DNA of 64,000 nucleotides, taken from NCBI GenBank assembly GCA_963662945.1, contig OY759974.1, positions 800,001-864,000 on the forward strand. The letters run 5' to 3'. The notes under the pieces are model-generated. The model saw only the letters and a list, made by a program, of their open reading frames with translations, was not told the DNA's origin and made no database searches. Each line of letters begins with the position of its first letter. The first letter of the stretch is position 1. The position numbers were made by a program, and so were the translations under genes. The DNA is from Arcobacteraceae bacterium (GTDB lineage: Bacteria; Campylobacterota; Campylobacteria; Campylobacterales; Arcobacteraceae). Below, in pieces: positions 58,891-64,000 of this stretch.

Positions 58891-60813
58891 TTATTTTCTT
58901 CTATTTTTTATATCTCTTTCAACTCCTCTTCTCTCTTCTCCTTTATAATCTGGGTCTATTATTTTTTTTCTTACTTTAATGTCATCTTTACCACTAAACT
59001 CTTTTCCTGTCGCATCATCAACAATTTTTTGTGCTATTGTACTTGCTTGTTTTGATACTAAATTTGTCTCATCCGCAATTTTTGCATTTTCTTGAACTGA
59101 TTTATCAATATGTGAAATAGTATTATTTATTTGTGATACTTTTTGTTGTTGTATAATTGTTTCTCTAGAAACCAAATCAATTAAAGTAGTAGTAGAACTA
59201 ATATCTTCATTTAATGTTTTATACCCTGTAATCATATCATTGGCAATTGAACTACCAATGTTTGACTGTGCCGTTGCTACTTCTACAAGTTCTTTAATTT
59301 CATTTGCTGCATCTGCACTTCTACTTGCAAGGTTTCGAACCTCTTGTGCAACTACTGCAAATCCTTTTCCAGCTTCACCTGCTGTTGCTGCTTCAACAGC
59401 TGCATTTAAACTTAATATATTTGTTTGAAATGCTATTTGATTTATAATAATTATCGCTTCATTTATAGCATTTACTTTTTCATTTATATTTGATATTGAT
59501 TCAACTGTTTTATTTGCTAAATCTTGCCCTTCTTTAGAAGAAACTCTTACTTTATTTGCTAAATTTTCCATCTCTTGGCTATTTTTTGAAATGTTTGCCA
59601 AATTTTGTGTTACCTCATTTAATGATTCCGAAGCTTCATTAAGAGAACGAGCTTCTTCTTGTGAAGCTTGTGCTAATTTACTTATATTTGTAGACAAAAC
59701 AGCTGATGTTTGTTGTAAAGCTTTTCCATTTTTAAGATTTTGTCCACTTAGTTTTGTTAATGTATCTCCTAAATAATCTACTTGATTAAATAGCTGTTGT
59801 ATTTGTGCAATAGTTTTTCCACTTGATTGTATTCTGTATGAATAATTATCTTGAGAATAATTTTCTAAAGCATCTAAAACTCTTGTTATGTTGTAATTCA
59901 ATGAAGAAATTAAACTATTTACAATAGTTGTAAGATTATTTATTTCTGGATTATTCGCTTTTGTATCTATTTTAACACTTAAATTTCCTAAAGAAACTTC
60001 TTGACATACATTTGAAACTTCTTTTATAGCCTGTGCATCTTTATTTAATCCCTGAATTGTTTTTTCTATATTTTCATTTATAGATATAACCATTTGCCCT
60101 ATTTCATCTTCACTATGTACTTTAAATGGCTCTATAGTTTTTCGCTCATTTGCTAAAAATGAGAAGAATAATTTTAACTCTTCTTGAAGTTCTTTTAATG
60201 GATCTGTTGCTTTTTTTGCTACAAACCAAACTACTCCTAAAGTTAATAAAATAATAAAAATAGATAAAGTTAAATTAGAAAAAATTGTATCTTCAATAGC
60301 AACATCTGCACTATCTAGCGAAAATGTTAAATCAATAACACCAATAACATCTCCCTCTTTTTGATTTGCATGACACATTAAACATTCATTTGAAGCTATC
60401 ATTGGTCTTAAAACTCTTAAAAAATGAGAGTCATGTTTATATTCTTCTAATACTTGTTCTTGCTTTGTACTAAAAGCTCTTAATGTATCTTTATCTGTAG
60501 TAAATTGCGTTTGAGGAGAATACATTTCTATAGTTTCTTTGCTCTTTGCAACAGTTAGTTGTGTCAAACCTTTAATATTTTTTCTACTATCCTCTTCTGC
60601 TTTTTGGATAACTGCTGGGTCTCCTGTATTCATAGCATTACGCAAAGTTAAAAATAAAGAATCTGTTAACATACTTAAAGATTCTTTTGCACTATTTTTT
60701 GCTAGATCATGCATATTGTTTGTTGTAATGTAATTTGTAATAATATTACCTAAAGTTAAAATAATAATGATTGGAAAAATTATTTTTGTTGAAACTCGAA
60801 GTTTTTTAAACAT
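58891..60813 (-). CDS. Methyl-accepting chemotaxis protein with a periplasmic c-type heme motif
   Basis: ECLMCHAN (CxxCH) between the two TM helices; MCP hairpin. Confidence 0.92.
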   Translation of the reverse strand: MFKKLRVSTKIIFPIIIILTLGNIITNYITTNNMHDLAKNSAKESLSMLTDSLFLTLRNAMNTGDPAVIQKAEEDSRKNIKGLTQLTVAKSKETIEMYSPQTQFTTDKDTLRAFSTKQEQVLEEYKHDSHFLRVLRPMIASNECLMCHANQKEGDVIGVIDLTFSLDSADVAIEDTIFSNLTLSIFIILLTLGVVWFVAKKATDPLKELQEELKLFFSFLANERKTIEPFKVHSEDEIGQMVISINENIEKTIQGLNKDAQAIKEVSNVCQEVSLGNLSVKIDTKANNPEINNLTTIVNSLISSLNYNITRVLDALENYSQDNYSYRIQSSGKTIAQIQQLFNQVDYLGDTLTKLSGQNLKNGKALQQTSAVLSTNISKLAQASQEEARSLNEASESLNEVTQNLANISKNSQEMENLANKVRVSSKEGQDLANKTVESISNINEKVNAINEAIIIINQIAFQTNILSLNAAVEAATAGEAGKGFAVVAQEVRNLASRSADAANEIKELVEVATAQSNIGSSIANDMITGYKTLNEDISSTTTLIDLVSRETIIQQQKVSQINNTISHIDKSVQENAKIADETNLVSKQASTIAQKIVDDATGKEFSGKDDIKVRKKIIDPDYKGEERRGVERDIKNRRK

Positions 60814-60940
60814 AGAAACCCTTGATTAATCTAAAATATCGCGTCATTATACAACACTAGGACTTTAAGGAGACTTGCAAAAAGCTGATATAAATCTAGA
60901 TATGCTATAATATTATTATAAAATAATTTTTAGGACAGAT

Positions 60941-61669
60941 ATGACAATTTCAAAATATAATGCAAGTGGAAATACTTTTGTAATCTTTCATACAAATGAA
61001 AAAAAGGATTATAGTCAACTTGCAATTGAACTATGCAAACAAGAAAATACAGATGGTATGATAGTTGTTGTGCCTCATCTTGTATATGATTTTGAATGGC
61101 TTTTTTATAATAATGATGGAAGTACAGCTTCAATGTGTGGAAATGGTACGCGAGCTGTTGCACACTACGCTTACTCAAATCAATTGTGTGGTACTTATTT
61201 AAAATTTTTAACAGGTGCCGGAGAAATAACTTGTATAGTGGATGATGATATTGTAAAAACTACAATGCCAAAACCAAAATTTATACAAGAAAATTTTCAA
61301 GAAGAAAATTTCACTTGGTATCTTCTTGATACTGGTGTCCCACATCTTGTTACAATTGTAGAAGATTTAGACCTATTTAACCTTGAACTATGTGCATCAA
61401 TGAGATATAAACATAATGCAAATGTAAATTTTGCAAAAATTGAAAATGAAGTAGTCAAAGTTAGAACCTATGAAAGAGGTGTAGAAAACGAAACTCTTGC
61501 TTGTGGTACAGGAATGACTGCTTCATTTTTAGTAGCCAATAAATTAAATCTCGTTCCAAATAGTGTTAGTGTGTATCCAAAAAGTGGTGAACAATTAATT
61601 TTGTCAAAAGATGCAGATAATTTATACTTTCAAGGGAAAGTTACTCAAGAATATACAAAGAGTATATAA
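60941..61669 (+). CDS. dapF: Diaminopimelate epimerase
   Basis: SMCGNGTR, GVPH, ERGV..ETLACGTG. Confidence 0.96.
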   Translation: MTISKYNASGNTFVIFHTNEKKDYSQLAIELCKQENTDGMIVVVPHLVYDFEWLFYNNDGSTASMCGNGTRAVAHYAYSNQLCGTYLKFLTGAGEITCIVDDDIVKTTMPKPKFIQENFQEENFTWYLLDTGVPHLVTIVEDLDLFNLELCASMRYKHNANVNFAKIENEVVKVRTYERGVENETLACGTGMTASFLVANKLNLVPNSVSVYPKSGEQLILSKDADNLYFQGKVTQEYTKSI

Positions 61670-62458
61670 ATGAAAAAGTATTCTTCTTTCTTTCTAATTT
61701 TAACAGTTCTATTTTTCATGACAGGCTGTGATAAAAAGAATGTGAAAGAAGATGTTAAGCTTGTAAAAAAAAGTTATTTCAAAACTAAACTGGGAACTAT
61801 AGAAAATCAAAAACTTGTCACTGTTTTACCTGAAGCTAAAAAGAAAATAGTTAAAAAGAAAAAAAAACCTCAAGTTAATTCTCTTGTACTGCAAAAAAAA
61901 CAAAAATTTAAAGAAATTTTAGTACCCATTGTCACCGAAGTGTACAACACACTCCAAAGACAATATCTTAATGTAAAATCAGATATAGAACAAGGGAAAA
62001 ATCAAGAATTTATTGAAAAATTGAAAGTAGAATATAAAGCAACAACAAATAAAGAACTTCTTGAAGCTTTAAAGCCACATCCAGTGAGTATAGCCCTAGC
62101 ACAAGCTGCTATTGAGAGTGCATGGCTTACTTCTAGATTTACAATCAAAGCCAACAATATTTTTGGTGTATGGTCATTTAGGGATGATGAACCTAGAATT
62201 GAAGCAAGTTCTACAAGAGGTGAAAAGAAAATTTATCTTAAAAAATATAAAACTTTTAAGGCAGCAGTAACAGACTATTATAAAAATTTAGCAAAAAATT
62301 GGGCCTATGAAAAGTTTAGAGAAGAAAGAACACTCACTAATGACCCGTATCATTTAGTACAGTTTTTAGAATCCTATTCGGAAAAAAAAGAACGATATAC
62401 TAAACTACTTGCTAAAATGATAGAACATAATGATTTTTACAAATATGATATAAAGTAG
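61670..62458 (+). CDS. Lipoprotein with a Bax-like glucosaminidase domain
   Basis: Lipobox MTGC; ALAQAAIESAWLTSRF...NNIFG...YSE. Confidence 0.85.
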   Translation: MKKYSSFFLILTVLFFMTGCDKKNVKEDVKLVKKSYFKTKLGTIENQKLVTVLPEAKKKIVKKKKKPQVNSLVLQKKQKFKEILVPIVTEVYNTLQRQYLNVKSDIEQGKNQEFIEKLKVEYKATTNKELLEALKPHPVSIALAQAAIESAWLTSRFTIKANNIFGVWSFRDDEPRIEASSTRGEKKIYLKKYKTFKAAVTDYYKNLAKNWAYEKFREERTLTNDPYHLVQFLESYSEKKERYTKLLAKMIEHNDFYKYDIK

Positions 62459-62462
62459 GACT

Positions 62463-63503
62463 ATGAAAATACTTGTTTGTGCACTCGAAACCTCTTCTAA
62501 TATTCATTTAAAAGCTCTTAAAAAAGAGTTAAATGACGATGTGGAACTCATCGGAATTTATGATAAAAAATTAGGAGATCCAAACTATGATATTAGTGAT
62601 ATGGCAGTAATGGGCTTTATTGATGCTTTTAAAAAACTTCCATTTTTTCTAAAACTCAATAATCAGATGGTAGAACTTGCTTCACAAGTAGATAAGGTTT
62701 TACTGATGGATTCTTCAGGATTCAATCTTCCTCTTGCTAAAAAAATTAAAAAAAGATATCCAGATAAAGAGATAATCTACTACATCTTACCACAAGCTTG
62801 GGCTTGGAAGAAAAAAAGAATTCCAAAGATTGAAAAGTACTGTGATACCTTATGTTCAATTCTCCCTTTTGAAAAAGATCATTACAATAAAAAAGAGATG
62901 ATTCATTATGTTGGACATCCACTTTTAGATGAAATTAATTACTTTAAAGAGAGTGTTTCTCACAATAATAAAATAGCTTTTATGCCAGGAAGCAGACGAG
63001 GTGAAATAACAAAACTCATGCCTATATACAAAGAGATTGTAAAACATATCAAAGAAGAAGCAATTTTAATTATTCCAGCTCATTTTAATGATGAATATAT
63101 CAAAGCCACTTATGGTGATATTTCTATGTTCACAATATCAAAAGACACTCATAAAACACTTCAAGAAGCTGATTTTGCATTTATTTGTAGTGGTACTGCA
63201 ACACTTGAAGCAGCACTTATTGGTACACCTTTTGTTTTAAACTATATTGCTAAAAAATTAGATTATTTTATTGGAAATAATTTAGTAAAAATTAACTTTA
63301 TAGGACTTGCAAATATCTTTTTTGAAAAAATGGGAAAAGCTCCAATACATAAAGAATATGTTCAAGAACAAGTCACAGTAGAAAATCTATTAGATGAATA
63401 CAATAATCTTGACAGAGAAAAGTTTTTAGAAAATTCTAAAATTTTAAGAGCATATTTACAGAATGGAAGTAGTAAAAATGTTGCTACTTTTATAAATAGC
63501 TAA
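62463..63503 (+). CDS. lpxB: Lipid-A-disaccharide synthase
   Basis: AVMGF, PQAWAWK, VGHPL, PGSR, SGTATLE. Confidence 0.96.
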   Translation: MKILVCALETSSNIHLKALKKELNDDVELIGIYDKKLGDPNYDISDMAVMGFIDAFKKLPFFLKLNNQMVELASQVDKVLLMDSSGFNLPLAKKIKKRYPDKEIIYYILPQAWAWKKKRIPKIEKYCDTLCSILPFEKDHYNKKEMIHYVGHPLLDEINYFKESVSHNNKIAFMPGSRRGEITKLMPIYKEIVKHIKEEAILIIPAHFNDEYIKATYGDISMFTISKDTHKTLQEADFAFICSGTATLEAALIGTPFVLNYIAKKLDYFIGNNLVKINFIGLANIFFEKMGKAPIHKEYVQEQVTVENLLDEYNNLDREKFLENSKILRAYLQNGSSKNVATFINS

Positions 63504-63509
63504 AGGGTT

Positions 63510-64000
63510 TTATATCCCCTCAGCTATCATAGCATCTGCAACTCGCTTAAATCCAGCAATATTTGCACCATCTATATAATTTCCATCAACTCCATAATCT
63601 TTTGCAGTTAAATGAACTCTTTTACAAATACTTCGCATAGTCTGTTCAAGTGTTTTATCCACTTTTTCATAAGACCATTTTGTCATAGAAGCATTTTGTG
63701 CCATCTCAAACTCACTTACAGCAACTCCCCCAGCATTTGCAGCTTTTGCTGGTGCAAATAAAATATCATTGTTCTTAAATACTTCAATTGCTTCTGGAGT
63801 TGATGGCATATTTGCACCTTCACTCACAGAAATACAACCATTCTCTACTAATGTTTCAGCATCTAATTTTGTAAGTTCATTTTGAGTTGCACAAGGAAAT
63901 GCACAATCACATGGTATCTGCCAAACTTCATGTCCACCTGTTGGATAATCTTCTACTTTTGTATAAATAGCATCAGAATGATTCACACAATACTCTTCTA
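63510..64000 (-). CDS. gdhA: Glutamate dehydrogenase, C-terminal part (begins beyond the window)
   Basis: PCATQNEL, EGANMP, KAANAGGVAVS, GANIAGF. Confidence 0.95.
   Translation of the reverse strand, partial: EEYCVNHSDAIYTKVEDYPTGGHEVWQIPCDCAFPCATQNELTKLDAETLVENGCISVSEGANMPSTPEAIEVFKNNDILFAPAKAANAGGVAVSEFEMAQNASMTKWSYEKVDKTLEQTMRSICKRVHLTAKDYGVDGNYIDGANIAGFKRVADAMIAEGI

Noticed and set aside
1828-61178. Many short ORFs antisense to or nested in real genes (e.g. 1828..2016, 8631..8945, 27557..27889, 31646..32038, 45330..45698, 47518..47745)
   Set aside because: Shadow ORFs of well-supported genes with no motifs; 47518..47745 is antisense to rnpA.
1-64000. CRISPR array, IS element, prophage or rRNA
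   Set aside because: No regularly spaced repeats, transposase, integrase, phage genes or rRNA-like sequence seen.

Overview
AT-rich chromosomal window from a Campylobacterota bacterium, most likely Arcobacteraceae (judged from protein sequences, gene order and promoter style). Housekeeping content: 5' part of dnaE (with a 1-nt frameshift), rpmJ-rpsM-rpsK-rpsD-rpoA-rplQ, tlyA, tpx, three chemoreceptors, murJ, tRNA-Ser(GGA), pyrD, dapA, clpB, rpmH-rnpA-yidD-yidC-jag-mnmE, trmD-rplS, argH, nifS-nifU, dapF, lpxB and the 3' part of gdhA. The standout is an accessory locus at about 11.8-27.5 kb. It runs: OprC-type copper TonB-dependent receptor, exbB-exbD, then a tightly coupled operon, then tonB. 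The operon encodes a second TonB-dependent receptor, a DsbD_2/CcdA-like membrane protein, a 907-aa membrane polyferredoxin-NosL-DUF4198-like fusion, a NapH-like membrane ferredoxin, a probable double-cubane cluster protein, its ATP-dependent activase and an orphan RND transporter. All five apparent promoters of the locus share one architecture (TTAACR-N5-TTAACA-N9-[-10]). The inner cassette is bounded by a 27/29-identical direct repeat. Together this suggests a co-regulated metal (probably copper) acquisition system coupled to ATP-driven low-potential reduction. Smaller finds are candidate ribosomal-protein leader RNAs, an operator shared by tpx and nifS, an AUU start for rnpA, and unannotated small proteins. 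No CRISPR array, integrase or transposase was seen. All family calls are from motif recognition; no searches were run.
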